NCBI RefSeq assembly: GCF_963921235.1
Contig: NC_086097.1
Coordinates: 65,970,001 to 66,034,000 of the forward strand
DNA length: 64,000 bases
Reading direction: 5' to 3'
From: Mobula hypostoma
Lineage: Eukaryota
Every line of letters begins with the position of its first letter. Positions within the stretch are counted from its first letter, which is position 1. Of the stretch, positions 51,298-64,000 are shown piece by piece. A program made the translations under genes and the position numbers. The notes below the pieces were generated by a model that saw nothing but the letters and a program-made list of their open reading frames with translations, made no database searches and had not been told where the DNA came from.

Positions 51298-52714
51298 GAA
51301 CTCGTTGACTTTATTAACTTTGCCTCCAACTTTTACCCTGCCCTCAAGTTTACCTGGTCCATTTCCGACACCTCCCTCCCCTTTCTAGATCTTTCTGTCT
51401 CTGTCTCTGGAGACAGCTTATCCACTGATGTCTACTATAAGCCTACTGACTCTCACAGCTATCTGGACTATTCCTCTTCTCACCCTGTCTCTTGCAAAAA
51501 CGCCATCCCCTTCTCGCAATTCCTCCGTCTCCACCGCATCTGCTCTCAGGATGAGGCTTTTCATTCTAGGACGAGGGAGATGTCTTCATTTTTTAAAGAA
51601 AGGGGCTTCCCTTCCTCCACTATCAACTCTGCTCTTAAACGCATCTCCCCCATTTCACGTACATCTGCTCTCACTCCATCCTCCCACCACCCCACTAGGA
51701 ATAGGGTTCCCCTGGTCCTCACCTACCACCCCACCAGCCTCCGGGTCCAACATATTATTCTCCGTAACTTCCGCCACCTCCAACGGGATCCCACCACTAA
51801 GCACATCTTTCCCTCCCCCCCCCTGCATTCCGCAGGGATCGCTCCCTACACAACTCCCTTGTCCATTCGTCCCCCCCATCCCTCCCCACTGATCTCCCTC
51901 CTGGCACTTATCCGTGTAAGCGGAACAAGTGCTACACATGCCCTTACACTTCCTCCCTTACCACCATTCAGGGCCCCAAACAGTCCTTCCAGGTGAGGCA
52001 TCACTTCACCTGTGAGTCGACTGGGGTGATATACTGCGTCTGGTGCTCCCGATGTGGCCTTTTATATATTGGTGAGACCCGACGCAGACTGGGAGACCGC
52101 TTTGCTGAACATCTATGTTCTGTCCGCCAGAGAAAGCAGGATCTCCCAGTGGCCACACATTTTAATTCCACGTCCCAGTCCCATTCTGACATGTCTATCC
52201 ACGGCCTCCTCTACTGTAAAGATGAAGCCACACTCAGGTTGGAGGAACAACACCTTATATTCCGTCTGGGTAGCCTCCAACCTGATGGCATGAACATTGA
52301 CTTCTCTAACTTCCGCTAAGGCCCCACCTCCCCCTCATACCCCATCTGTTACTCATTTTTATGCACACATTCTTTCTCTCACTCTCCTTTTTCTCCCTCT
52401 GTCCCTCTGAATATACCTCTTGCCCATCCTCTGGGTCACCCCCCGCCCCGTCTTTCTTCCCGGACCTCCTGTCCCATGATCCTCTCGTATCCCCTTTTGC
52501 CTATCACCTGTCCAGTTCTCGGCTCTATCCCTCCCCCTCCTGTCTTCTCCTATCATTTTGCATCTCCCCCTCCCCCTCCAGCTTTCAAATCCCTTACTCA
52601 CTCTTCCTTCAGTTAGTCCTGACGAAGGGTCTCGGCCTGAAACGTCGACTGCACCTCTTCCTGTAGATGCTGCTTGGCCTGCTGCGTTCACCAGCAACTT
52701 TGATGTATGTTGCT
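51298..52714 (+). mobile_element. 5'-truncated Penelope-like element ending 30 nt before a MIPOL1 exon
   Basis: Highly similar to ~47357-48771; GIY-YIG ORF at 51993-52319. Confidence 0.92.
52610..52651 (+). ncRNA. Minimal type I hammerhead ribozyme motif with an intact core
   Basis: AGTC-CTGACGA-A-GGGTCTCGGCCT-GAAAC-GTC-GACT; predicted cleavage after C52646. Confidence 0.7.
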
Positions 52715-52744
52715 AACATTTTAAATATGTTCATGTTGTTTCAG

Positions 52745-52975
52745 CTTACACAAGTCATTATCTCAAGAGGCTACACTCACAGACCAATTAAACCTTACCC
52801 TAGGCACTTACGACAATGCTTTACGTGTCAGTAAAGACATGATATCAACCACACACCACCGAAATGAAGATCTTGCAAGCCAGTTACAATTAGCCATGAC
52901 TGAACACGCAGATATGGAAATGAAACTACAACAAGCATTGGGAGAGAAAAATGAATTAATTGAAAAAGTTCAGAA
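52745..52975 (+). CDS. MIPOL1: MIPOL1 coding exon, probably the penultimate one (231 nt, phase 2 to 2): (S)LHKSLSQEATLTDQLNLTLGTYDNALRVSKDMISTTHHRNEDLASQLQLAMTEHADMEMKLQQALGEKNELIEKVQ(K)
   Basis: Acceptor ttgtttcAG at 52743-52744, donor AA|GTGAGT at 52976, no stops. Matches recalled MIPOL1 SLHKSLSQE...NEELATQLQQA...EKVQK. Phase is compatible with the 8820 exon. Confidence 0.92.
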
Positions 52976-53119
52976 GTGAGTACTTTGACAATCTTTTTTT
53001 AAAGTTGGAAGTATACTTCTGTAATTCTTCAGCTCTCCTTCTGACCATGATCAACACAGGTTAAAAGTAAAATACTGTTATTTGCATACAATATATTTTC
53101 TAAATGTCTTCAAATTACT

Positions 53120-54800
53120 TAAAGAACTTAAATGGGGAACCAGGGAGGCTAAAAAGTTCCATGAAATATGTTTGGCAAGTAGGGTTAAAAAGAATCCCAA
53201 GGCACTTCATCCATAACATTAAAAAGGGGAGTAGATAGGGAAAGAGTAGAACCAATGAGGACTAAAGAGGGAATTTATGTTTGGAGCCAGAGGAACTAGG
53301 CAAGAGGCAAACTAAGTATGTTGCATCAGTGTTTACCAAGAAGGACATAGTGAGAGCTGGAAGGGCTATGCTGATATTCTAGGGCACAATGATAACAAAA
53401 AGAGGTATTGGGTCTTTTAGAGAGCGTTAAGGTGGATGTCCTCAGGGCCTGATGGGCTCTTTGCAGGTTATTGAGAGAGACAACAGAGGAAATACCCAAT
53501 GTTGTTCCTTTGTTTAAGAAGGACAATATGGACAGACCAGGAAATTATAGGCCAGTGTGATATAGGTAGAGAAATTATTGGAGAAGATTCTTGGGTGTAG
53601 GACTTACTCACATCTAGAAAAGCATAGACTTATATGGGATAGTCAATATGCCTTTGTGCCAGGAAGGTCATGTCTTACAAATATGATTGATTTTTTTGAG
53701 AGGTGACAAGATGGTTGAGGAGGGTAGGGCTGTGGATATTGCATTGGTCAAAGTCCCTCATGATAAGCTGACAAGGGATCCTTAAAGACTTCATAGATTG
53801 CATTCAAAATTGGCCTGTTCTTAGAGGACAGAGGGTATTGGTAGATGGGTATTATGTTGACTCAAAGTCTGTGACCCCAAGGGTCAGTGCTAGGACGTCT
53901 GTTGTTTGTAATCTGTGTAAATAATTTGGATGAAAATGTAGGTCGGATAATTAGTAAGTTTGTAAATGGTATGAAAATTGGTGCGTTGTGGATAGTGAGG
54001 AACGTTATCAAAGAATGCCACAGGACATAGATCAAATGGAAATATGAGTGGGAAATGGCAGAATGAGTTTAGTTTGGACAAATGTGAAGCATGGCACATT
54101 TGGGAGATCAAATGAAAGATGGAAGTGTACAGTAAATGACTGATTCTTTCAGAAAAATTAATATACAAAGGGATCTTGGGGTGCAAATCCATAGATCCCT
54201 GAAAGTGGCTTCACAAGTAGAAAAGGTGTGAAGAAGGTGTAGGCCATATTTGCCTTCATAGGCCAGGTAATTAAACATAGAAAGTGGGAAGTTATGTTGC
54301 AGCATATAGATCTTTGGTGAGGCACCATTTGGACTGTAGTGTGCAGTTCTGGTTGTTGAATTGCAGAAAGGATGTGGAGGCTTTGGAGAGAGTGCAGAAA
54401 AGATTAGAGAACATTAGCTGTAAGAAGAGGTGGACAAGGTTAGACTGTTTCTCTGGAGCTTCGGAGGCTGAGGGTCAACCTGATTGAAGTGTATAAAATC
54501 ATACAAGGCATAGGGAGTTGTTTGTCTTCTTCTTAAAGTGAAAATGTCAAATACTGGAGGTCATAGATTCAAGACGAAAGGAGGAAAGTTTAAAAGAAAT
54601 TTACAAGGCAAGATTTTTTTTACATACAGGGGGTGCTAGTGGTGTGGACTGAGCTGCCAGGGCATGTGTTGTATGATAGCCAGTACATTAACAATATTTG
54701 AATGGAGGAATATGCAGGCAGCTACAATTAATTCAAATTGCCATTGTGGTCAGCACAGGTGTCATGAGCCTTCAGGCCTGTTTCTGAGCTGTTTTTCTGC
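53120..54800 (+). mobile_element. Old decayed CR1 ORF2
   Basis: ccaggaaattataggccagtg, LVRHHLDCSVQFW and a CR1 3' UTR remnant. Confidence 0.75.
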
Positions 54801-54869
54801 AATGAAGGGCAAGTTAGAAAAATTATACTTCCAAAATACTACTTGGTTGAGCTTCCCACTAACTCAAAA

Positions 54870-54960
54870 GTTATGCACTTGAGCAGTAGGTCTGGATTTA
54901 AAACACAATCTAGGCTGACACTGCATTATGATACAATGAGTTTGCTGCATTGTTAGGTGA
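54870..54960 (+). mobile_element. Possible ancient DeuSINE-like remnant
   Basis: aatctaggctgacactgca...tgctgcattgttagg resembles recalled SacSINE1/AmnSINE1-type sequence; not verified. Confidence 0.3.
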
Positions 54961-56069
54961 TGAGTAGCTGTAAATTGCTTTTGGATATCTTGTGTTTATT
55001 TTTCACAACATCATTCACAAGCATCTTAAACATTAGCCTTTTTAAGAGTTTCTCATCAGCAGATAATCATTTAAATACAACTAAATGTAATAAAGATGAG
55101 AAGATGAAGGGCACTGGTAAAATACAAGTTTGTTTTTGCATACTATCTCCTGTAAAAGGATGTAAAAATGAGGTTTTTGATTGTTGCAATAGCTATGTAA
55201 ATAATAGTAAGGCATCATGTAAAGAGTAAGGAGCTAGTGGGCCTCCTCCAATATAACTGGTGAACATCATTTCAATTAGCATCCCCAGTTCAACTTAGTC
55301 ATTACTGTTTGATAATTTTGAAGTGTTTAATTTGATCCACATCTGTCTATGTAACAGCCAATTACCAAGTAAACTAATATATGTGAAGTAATATAGATTT
55401 TTGGAATATATATAGTGAGAACTACTTTCTTGGAAATCACTGTTTTGTCAATATTTCTTAAAAATTAATTGGAAAATACTAGTTGGACCTTTCTCACTCT
55501 AGTGAACAGTATAACATAAATAAGTCAGAGAAAGTGGGATTTTCTTACATTGTTATCTTTACGATCTCAGAGAGTAAGAGGCAATTGAAAATTTGGTGGT
55601 GAGGGGTTTGTGATTATGGGGAAAGGAAATAATCATCCCTATACTAACATTGCACAGCAGTCCAGAACTCATTTGTAGTTTCTAGCAACCTTTGTGCTTA
55701 AAAGGAAATCCCTATCATTTGGGAAGTTATTGTGTGATGAGGTGCATTTTCACCACATTGTAGCTGCACCTGTAATTTTTATCACACATGTTAAATATGA
55801 GAACATGTCGGAGTGCATATAGTGATGCTGCTAGGATGTAATTAAAGCAATTGCTAATGTGGAGCAACAGCACAGGAGAGCCAGATTCACAAGACTTGAT
55901 CTCCCTCTGCACCAAGGGTAATTAACAAAGTGTTAACAGGTGTATCGGTTGCCAACATTAACAGAGACAGACAGGAGTGTTATACATGCAGCTCGAAGAA
56001 ACTTTGTGGAGTGAATTCTAAAAATCCAAACGAGCTTATGAAGCTTATATTTGTCGGCAGCCCTTAATG

Positions 56070-56305
56070 AAGATGGTCTCATCTGTAAGGAATTTCTGTA
56101 CGTCCTTCCCATGGAATGTGTGGGGTTTCGCCAGGTGCTCCGGTTTCCTCCCACAGTCCAAGATGTACTGGGTAGGTTAATTGGTCATTGTAAGTTGTCC
56201 TGTGATTATGTTAGGGTTAATCAGGTTTGTGGAGTTACAATGGCAGCATGGCTCGAAGGGTCAGAAGGGCCTACTCCGAGCTGAGCCACTAAATAAATAA
56301 ATAAA
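56070..56305 (+). mobile_element. V-SINE-like SINE with a (TAAA)n tail, followed by (TG)n at 56309-56326
   Basis: Core GGTGCTCCGGTTTCCTCCCACAGTCCAA and a CR1-like tail gaagggcctactcc. Confidence 0.7.
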
Positions 56306-56332
56306 TGGTGTGTGTGTGTGTGTGTGTTCTCC

Positions 56333-58130
56333 TACATAAGAACATAAGAAATAGGAGTACGAGTAGGCCATCAGGCCCATCGAGTCTGCCCCGCCATTCA
56401 ATAAGTTCATGGCTGATCTGTGCATAAACTCAGCTCCATCTACCTGCCTTTTCCCCATAGCCCTTAATCCCCCTTCTATGTAAAAATCTATCTAACTGTA
56501 TCTTAAATATATTTAGTGAAGAAGCCTCAACTGCTCCCTGGAGAGAGAATTCCACAGAGTCACTACTCTCTGGGAAAAACGGTTTCTCCTCATCTCCGTC
56601 CTAAATCTTCTCCCTGAATCTTGAGGCAATGTTCCATAGTTCTAGTCTCACCTTCCAATGGAAGCAACTTTCCTACTATCTTATCGATCCCTTTCAAAAT
56701 TTTGTACGTTTCTATAAGATCCCTTCTCATTCTTCTGAATTCCAGAGAGTATAGTCCCAGGTGACTCAATCTCTCCTCATAGTTAACCCCTTCATCGCTG
56801 GAGTCAACCTGGTGAACCTCCTCTGCACTGCCTCCAAAGCTAGTATATCCTTCTTCAAGTATGGAGACCAGAACTGCACACAGTACTCCAGGTGCGGCCT
56901 CACCAGTACCCTGTATAGTTGCAGCATGACCTCCCTGCTCTTGAATTCAATCCCTCTAGCAATGAAGGCCAACATTCCGTTTGCCTTCTTGATAGTCTGC
57001 TGCACCTGCAAGCCAACTTTTTGCGATTCATGCACAAACACTCCCAAGTCCCTCTGCACAACTGCATGCTGCAATCTTCCATCATTTAAATAATAATCTG
57101 CTCTTCTATTATTCCTTCCAAAGTGGATGATCTCGCATTTACCAACATTGTATTCCATCTGCCAGACCTTGTCCCAATAACTTAACCTATCTATATCCCT
57201 CTGCAGACTCTCCACATCCTCGGTACACTATGCTTTTCCACTTAGTTTAATGTCATCAGCAAATTTTGTTATGCTACACTCAGTCCCCTCTGTCCAAATC
57301 ATCAATGTAAATGGTAAACAGCTGCGGGCCCAGCACCGACCCCTGCAGCACCCCACTCACCACTGACTGCCAACCGGAGAAATACCCATTTATACCAACT
57401 CTCTGTCTTCTATTGGTTAACCAATCCACTATCCATGCCAATACACTTCCTCCAACTCCATGCATCCGTATCTTATTTATAAGTCTCTTGTTTGGCACCT
57501 TATTGAACGCCTTCTGGAAATCCAAGTATACGACATCCACCTGTTCCCCTCTATCCACTGCACTCATTATGTCCTCAAAGAACTCCAATAAGTTTATCAA
57601 ACAGGACCTCCCTTTCTGAATCCATGCTGCGTCTGTCTAATGGAACCACTCCTTTCTAAATGTTTAGATATTTCTTCCTTAATGACAGCTTCAAGCATTT
57701 TCCCAACTACAGATGTATAGGCAACTGGCCTATAGTTGCCCATCTTTTGCCTACATCCTTTTTTAAAAAGCGGCGTGACATTTGCTGTCTTCCAATCAAC
57801 CGGGACCTGCCCAGAGTCTAGAGAATTTCGGTAAAGCGTGTACTATAACCTCTGCCAATTCCCTCAGCACCCTGGGATGCATCCCATCAGGACCAGGGGA
57901 CTATCTACCTTCAGGCCCTCTAGTTTGCTCATCACTATCTCTTTAGTGACAGTGATTTTATCGAGGTCCTCACCTCCCATTTCATCCATAACATTGTTCT
58001 TTGACATATTAGACGTGTCTTCCACCCTGAAGACCGACACAAAATAGTCGTTCAATGCCTCAGCCATTTCCTTATCACCCAATATCAATTTCCCCTTCTC
58101 GTCTTCCAAGGGACCTATGTTGACTTTAGC
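56333..58130 (-). mobile_element. CR1 ORF2 3' portion (same family as 18568-22330)
   Basis: [19 protein letters not shown] and [15 protein letters not shown]; same tail. Confidence 0.9.
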
Positions 58131-58259
58131 TATATTTGAACACAACATTTTTCATAACCCAAACATAGAACATTCACTAGATTTTCAGCTCTCTCCCTCA
58201 ACTTTGCAAGGAAGATGGTAAAGACAGAAATAAGAATAGCTACATTTTATTTTTGAGGT

Positions 58260-58450
58260 GACGTGCCTTTTATTTTTCATCCCTAAATGGCTTTGAACTC
58301 AATGGTTGGCAGACCATTCATTTAGACTGCTCAGAGTCGCTTATATTGCTAACACTCTAGAGTGACCTGAGACTGCAGAGCTCCTTCCTCAAAGGATGTT
58401 AGTGAACCAGATGGATTTTTAAAATGATGTCATAGTATTGTGACCACCAT
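58260..58450 (-). mobile_element. Old interspersed-repeat remnant
   Basis: catccctaaatggctttgaac...ccttcctcaaaggatgttagtgaaccagatgg resembles a recalled common chondrichthyan repeat. Confidence 0.35.
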
Positions 58451-58694
58451 TGCTTATACTATGGTTTCATTGAATTCATTTCATATTTTCTTCAAATAAA
58501 GTGGGTTGAAGCTCTGAAGAAGGGTTAGAATTTATGCTCCTGAATCATTGCCCCAGGCCAGCCCATTCCAATGGTTTATGTACATGGTGATAGGCCTTTT
58601 CCTTGCTGTCATGGGTTAATGTCCATTAAATTTTCAGATTATTACAAGTTTATTTATTGTTTCCTTCTATAGATTTGCACAGTTAGAGCACTAG

Positions 58695-61600
58695 GGATGC
58701 CAGGCAGGATAGTTGAATGCTCATTTAGTGGGATGTGGGAAGACACCTCCAGTGTCCCTGACAGCTACACTTGCAAGAAATGCATCCAGCTGCAGCTTCT
58801 GACACTCATCTTCAAGGAGTTGGAGCTGGAATTGGATGAACTCCGGATCAGCGGATGATAAGACAGGATGTTTAGAACGTTTAGAGAGGTAGTTGCACTG
58901 GGTGACAGTCAGAAGGGTGAAAGAGTGAAAGCCAGTGCAGAGTACCCCTGTGCCATCCCCCTCAACAACAGGAATACTGTACCACTTTGGATTTTGTTGG
59001 GGGGAATGATCTAGCAGGGGAAAGTTACAGCAGTCAGGTATCCAGCACTGAGTTTGGCTCTGTGGCTCAGAAGGGAAGGGGGGAAAAGTGGTGATAGGGG
59101 ATTCATTAGTTAGGGGAACAAAAAGGAGCTTCTGTGGACTAGAACGAGATTCCCAGATGGTGTGTTGCCTCCTGGGTGCCAGGGTCCATGTTATCTCAGA
59201 TTGAATCTTCACCATTCTTAAGTGGGAAGGTGAATAGCCAGAGGCCATGGTCCATATAGGCACCACTGACATAGGTAGGAAAAGGAAGAGGGTCTGCAAA
59301 GTGAGGGTAGGGAGTTAGAGGCAAAATTAAAGGACAGAACATCCAGGGTTGTGATCTCAGTACTGCAATCCATGCCATGAGCTAGTGAGGCCAGAAATAG
59401 GAAGATCATACAATTTAACACATGGCTAAGGAGTTGGTGTAGAAGGGAGGGCTTCAGATTTTTGGATCATTGTGTTCTCTTTCTGGGAAGCTGGGACCTG
59501 TACGGAAGAGACCATTTGCACCTAAACTGGAGAGGGACTAATATCCTAGCTGGAAGGTTTGCTAGTAGTACTACACAGGGGGTGGGAAGAGGTTAAACTA
59601 GAGTTGCAGGTGGTGGGGTGGGAACCAGAGTGCCAGAACAGATAGTGGAGAGGTTGTGGAGACAAATGTTAAGACCACAGACAAAGTCAGGAATCAAAAG
59701 ATTGAGCATAGTGGGACTAATGTTCTGAATTGTGTATATTTCAATGCAAGAAGTATTGTAGGAAATTACAGATGAGCTCAGGACATGGATCAACACATGG
59801 AATTATGAAATTCTAGCCTTTAGTGAGACTTGGTTGCAGGAGGGTCAGGACTGGCAGCTCAATGTTCTGATGTTTTAGACATGATACAGTTGGTGGGGGG
59901 AGGGGTAGTTAAAGAGCGAGAGTTAGCATTACTAGTCAGGGATAATTCAAGACAGTACTCAGTCAGGACAGACTAGAGAACTCATGTACTGAGGCTTTAT
60001 GGGTGGAACTGAAGAATAAGAAATGTATGACCACGTTAAAGGGGCTATATTATATACCACCCAAAAGTCCACAGGATTTAGAGGAACAAATTTCTAAAGA
60101 GATTGCAGATTGTTGAAAGAAACATAGGTTTATGATTGTTAGTGATTTTAACTTTCTACATATTGACCAGGACTCCTATCCTGCAAAAGGACTAGATGGG
60201 ATTGACTTTGTCAAATGTGTTCAGTAAAGTTACCTTAATCAGTACATAGAAGTCCAAACGAGAGAGTGTGCAATACTTGGTCTCCTATTAGGGAATGAGA
60301 CAGGGCAGGTGACAGAAATTTGTGCGGTGAAACACTTTGCATCTAGTGATCATAATGTCATTAGTTTCAAAGTAAATATAGAACAGGATAGGCCTGGTCC
60401 TCGAGCTGAGATTCTAAATTGGAGAAAGGCCAATTTTGATGGTATCAAAAGAGATCTGGCAGGTGTGGATTGGGACAAGCTGCTTTCTGGCAAAGGTGTA
60501 CTTGGTAAGTGGGAGGCCTTCAAAAGTGAAATTTTGAAAGTACAAAGCTTGTATGTGCCTGTCAGAATAAAAGGTAAAGATAACAGGTTTAGGGAATCTT
60601 GGTTTTCAGGAGATGTTGAGGCGATGGCTAAGAAAAAAGGGATGTGCACAGCAGTTATAGGCAGGTAGAAACAAATTAGGTAATTATGGAGTATAAAAAA
60701 TGCAAGTGAACACAGGACAGAAGTCAGGAGTGCTAAAAGAAGGCATGAGGTTGCTGTAGCAGACAAAATGAAGGAGGATCCTAAGGGATTCTACAGATAA
60801 GGATCGCAAGGGACAAAATTGGAACACTGGAAGATCTGAATGATAATCAATGCATAGAGCCAAAAGAGATGGGAGAGATCTTAAGTGGATTTTTTGCATC
60901 AGTATTTACTTGGGAGATGGACCCAGAATCTATAGAAGCTGCATGGACCCTATACAGACTACACAGGAGAAGGTGTTTGCCATCTTGAGGCAAATTAGGA
61001 TGGATAAATTCTAGGGCCTAACAAGGTGTTCCCTTGTCCCCTTGGGAGGTGTGCAGAAATTGCAGGGGACCTAGCCTTAATGATGGGAGAGGTGCTGGAG
61101 GATTGGAGGGTAGCTAATGTTGTTATGCTGTTTAAGAAGTACTCATAGAATAAACCAGGAAATTATAGGGCAGTGAGCCTGACATCAATGGTGGGAAGGT
61201 TACTGGAAGGATTTCTAAGGGACTGGATATTTTAATATATGGATAGACAAGGACTGATTAGGAGTAGTCAGCATGGCTTTGTGTGAAGTGGGTTGTGTCT
61301 GACCAATCTTACAGAGTTTTTTGAGGAAATTACCAGGAAAGTTGATGAAGATAAGACAGTGGATGTCATCTACATGGACTTCAGCAAGGCATATGACAAG
61401 GTCCTGTTTAGGAGGTTGGTTAAGAAGGTTCAGTTACTTGGCATTCAAGATGAGGTAGTAAATTGGATTTGTGGGAGAAGGCAGAGAGTGGTAGTAGCTG
61501 ATTGCCTGTCTGACTGGAGGCCTGTGACTAGTGAAGTGTTGCAGGGGTCAGTGCTCCATTATTGTATGTCAAAGATCTGGATAATAATGTGGGTAACAGG

Positions 61601-62485
61601 ATCAGCAAATTTGCCAATGACACCAAGATTGGGAGTATAGTGAACTGCGACTATCAAAGCTTGCAATGGGATCTGGACCAGCTGGAAAAATAGGCTGAAA
61701 AGTGACAGATGGAACTTAATGCAGACAAATGTGAAGTGTTTGAAAGGACCAACCAGGGTACATCTTACACAGTGAGCAGTAGGGCACTGAAGAGTGTGGT
61801 AGAACAAAGGGATCTGGGAATATAGGTCCATAGTTCATTGAAAGGGGCGTCACAGGTAGATAGAGTTGTAAAGAAAGCTTTGGCACTTGGGCCTTCATAA
61901 GTTTAGTACAGTATTGAGTACAGGAATTGGAGATGTTATATTGAAGTTGTATAAGATGTTGGTGAGGCCTAATTTGGAGTATTGTGTGCAGTTCTGGTCA
62001 TCTACATATAGGAACAATGTAAATAAGATTGAAAGAGTACAGAGAAAATTTACAACAATGTTGCCAGGATTGGAGGACCTGAGTTATAAGGAAAGATTGA
62101 ATAGGTTAGAAGTTTATTCCCTAGAACATAGAAGATTGAGGGGAGACAATAGAGGTATACAAAATTATGAGGGATATAGAGATGGTAAATGCAAGCAGGC
62201 TTACCCCACTGAAATTGGATGAGACTACAACTAGAGGTCATGGGTTAAGGGTGAAAGGTGAAATGTTTAAGAGGAACATGAGGGGAAACTTCTTCACTCA
62301 GAAAGTGGTGAGAGTGTGGAATAAACTGCCATCACAAGTGGTAGATACAATTTAAATTCAAGGAATAAGAGAAGTTTGGATGGGAAGGGTTTGGAGTGCT
62401 ATGGTCCGTGTGCAGTTTAAATGGTTTGGCACAGACTAGATTGGCCAAGTAGCTTGTTTCTGTACCGTAGTTTTCTATAACACTA
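58695..62485 (+). mobile_element. Near full-length decayed CR1 (ORF1 Zn-finger/esterase and ORF2 EN-RT)
   Basis: CKKCIQLQLL, IGDS, FNARSI, SETWL, SDHNVISF, YMDFSKAYDKV and LVRPNLEYCVQFW, with many stops and frameshifts. Confidence 0.88.
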
Positions 62486-63835
62486 ACCTATCAGAATTAC
62501 AATAAGGGCATTGGATACCTTCATTGCCTGAAAGATGAAGGAAATCTTATATGCTCCAGATCATTTGTCCCAAGTTGCAGTTTACAGTGTTCAAGATAAC
62601 TTTGGTATTCAGAAAGGACCTTCCTTGGAGAGTGACTCTTGTCTTTCAGAAGCCCTTTAACTGGCAAAGAAGCACAAAGAAGACCATCTTTTAAATTACT
62701 CCTCAGACACTGCTACAGGGATTCCTCGATTATCAACCAGATGCTTTTTTTTTCTAATCTGTTCAAAACTGTTTTTACATTTTAATTCTTATTTCCCATT
62801 TTCAAGTAAGTGAGAAATTGATCAGTCTATTATCTACCCACCATGCCCACTACATGAAGAACCCTTTGCAGTGTGTGACCACCAATGTGAACGAATAAAT
62901 GGACATGACATAATTAGCTTTTCTGAATGACTATAAGCTCCATCATTAGATAACCATGAAAAATCTATTCTTTTTACTGTAAAACCTAATCTGAACTCAT
63001 AGTGTCTTTTCCCTAAATTTTAAGCATATTGTTCTTTCCCTAGTATCACACAAATTGATTGGCGTTTGCAACTGCACAAAACAGATCAGGCAAAAGTGGG
63101 TATTCCTATGCTCATTTAAAGCTAGAAGAGAGCCACAGCTCACTGGGTCTCTGGTGTTTCTTCAGGACAGACTGATTACATCTACAAATTCCACAAATGA
63201 AGACAAGCACCAGAGAAAGTTCACAGATATGATTAGGGTAGTTAGAAGGCAACATACTGCCCCTTCTTTCGTTTATTGCTTGGATAATGTTATGTTAGAG
63301 CATAATGTGAATGATTATCACTCTCGTCACTGCTCCTCCTTAGCAAGTGTACAGAAAGCTCCTCAGTTGCAGTGTAGCTATGGGTTCTCTATCTCAGTAA
63401 CCAATGCTAAGAATTTCCAACTCCTTGACCTGAATTGTTGGTATGCAGAATCCCTTCAAAGCTATTCCTTCAGCTTAGCACGGTAGAAATACCAATACAT
63501 TTTGTTTAAAAATAGTTATATTTTGTAAAGCAAGGGCAATTGAACTAAGTTGTGAATCTGTTGAAAACCTTCAGCCTGGGCCAATTTTATTTAAAATTCA
63601 ACAAGGTAACTTTCAGACCAAATCAGTCTATTAGTTTGAATTAACAAAAGATAATTCCACCATGGTCACTTACCTATTTAAAAAAGATTGGTCCTTTTTT
63701 TCAGAAGCTTTGGTTTTGAACCATTCTGTAGATGGTTTAACATACCAATACAGTTCTCCCAGTGATGATAGTTCAATCTGTAAAGAGTACTATAATGGAT
63801 ATAAAGAGTACTTTCTACAAACTCAGCTGCTTGAT

Positions 63836-64000
63836 CTATCATTTTGGATCTCTCCCTCTCCCTCCCACTTTCAAATCTCTTACTAGCTCTTCCTTCAGTT
63901 AGTCCTGACAAAGGGTCTCGGCCCAAAATGTCAACTGTACCTCTTCCTAGAGATGCTGCCTGGCCCGCTGTGTTCACCAGCAACTTTGATGTGTGTTGCT
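63836..64000 (+). mobile_element. Penelope terminal fragment with a decayed hammerhead, running to the window end
   Basis: Homologous to ~33385-33549; the core is mutated (CTGACAA, CAAAA). Confidence 0.85.

Larger units (their letters stand above)
8915..52744 (+). other. MIPOL1: MIPOL1 intron (~43.8 kb, GT-AG)
   Basis: Bounded by the two phase-compatible exons; the split codon AG|C gives Ser. Confidence 0.85.

Noticed and set aside
63055..63486. 143-aa ORF as the last MIPOL1 exon
   Set aside because: It has no similarity to the expected LERLVDVLRKK-type terminus; the last exon probably lies beyond the window.
32267..63983. Recurrent short ORFs starting MLVNAAGQAASLGRG as a peptide family
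   Set aside because: They are antisense translations of the non-coding Penelope terminal repeat.

Overview
Eukaryotic genomic DNA, most likely from a cartilaginous fish such as a ray or shark (inferred from the repeat mix). The window lies inside the MIPOL1 gene on the + strand. Two coding exons missed by the ORF track (8820-8914, 95 nt; 52745-52975, 231 nt) splice in frame to ...EEIQTLRLYY-S-LHKSLSQE...EKVQK across a ~43.8-kb intron. The terminal exon was not found in the window. Most of the sequence is decayed transposable elements: CR1 LINEs of several families, Rex1/Babar-like LINEs, a full-length decayed L1, Penelope-like elements with hammerhead-ribozyme motifs, fold-back Tc1 derivatives, a PIF/Harbinger MITE and SINEs. 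Many are nested, with readable target-site duplications (TSDs). The TE-poor, AT-rich islands are candidate conserved regulatory elements. No intact transposase or RT gene and no prokaryotic system is supported. The main points of interest are a sense-strand hammerhead in a Penelope insertion abutting the branch point of a MIPOL1 exon, a fold-back Tc1 family sharing one junction, and a multi-level nested TE stack. Family names come from recalled motifs, not database searches; boundaries of old repeats are approximate.
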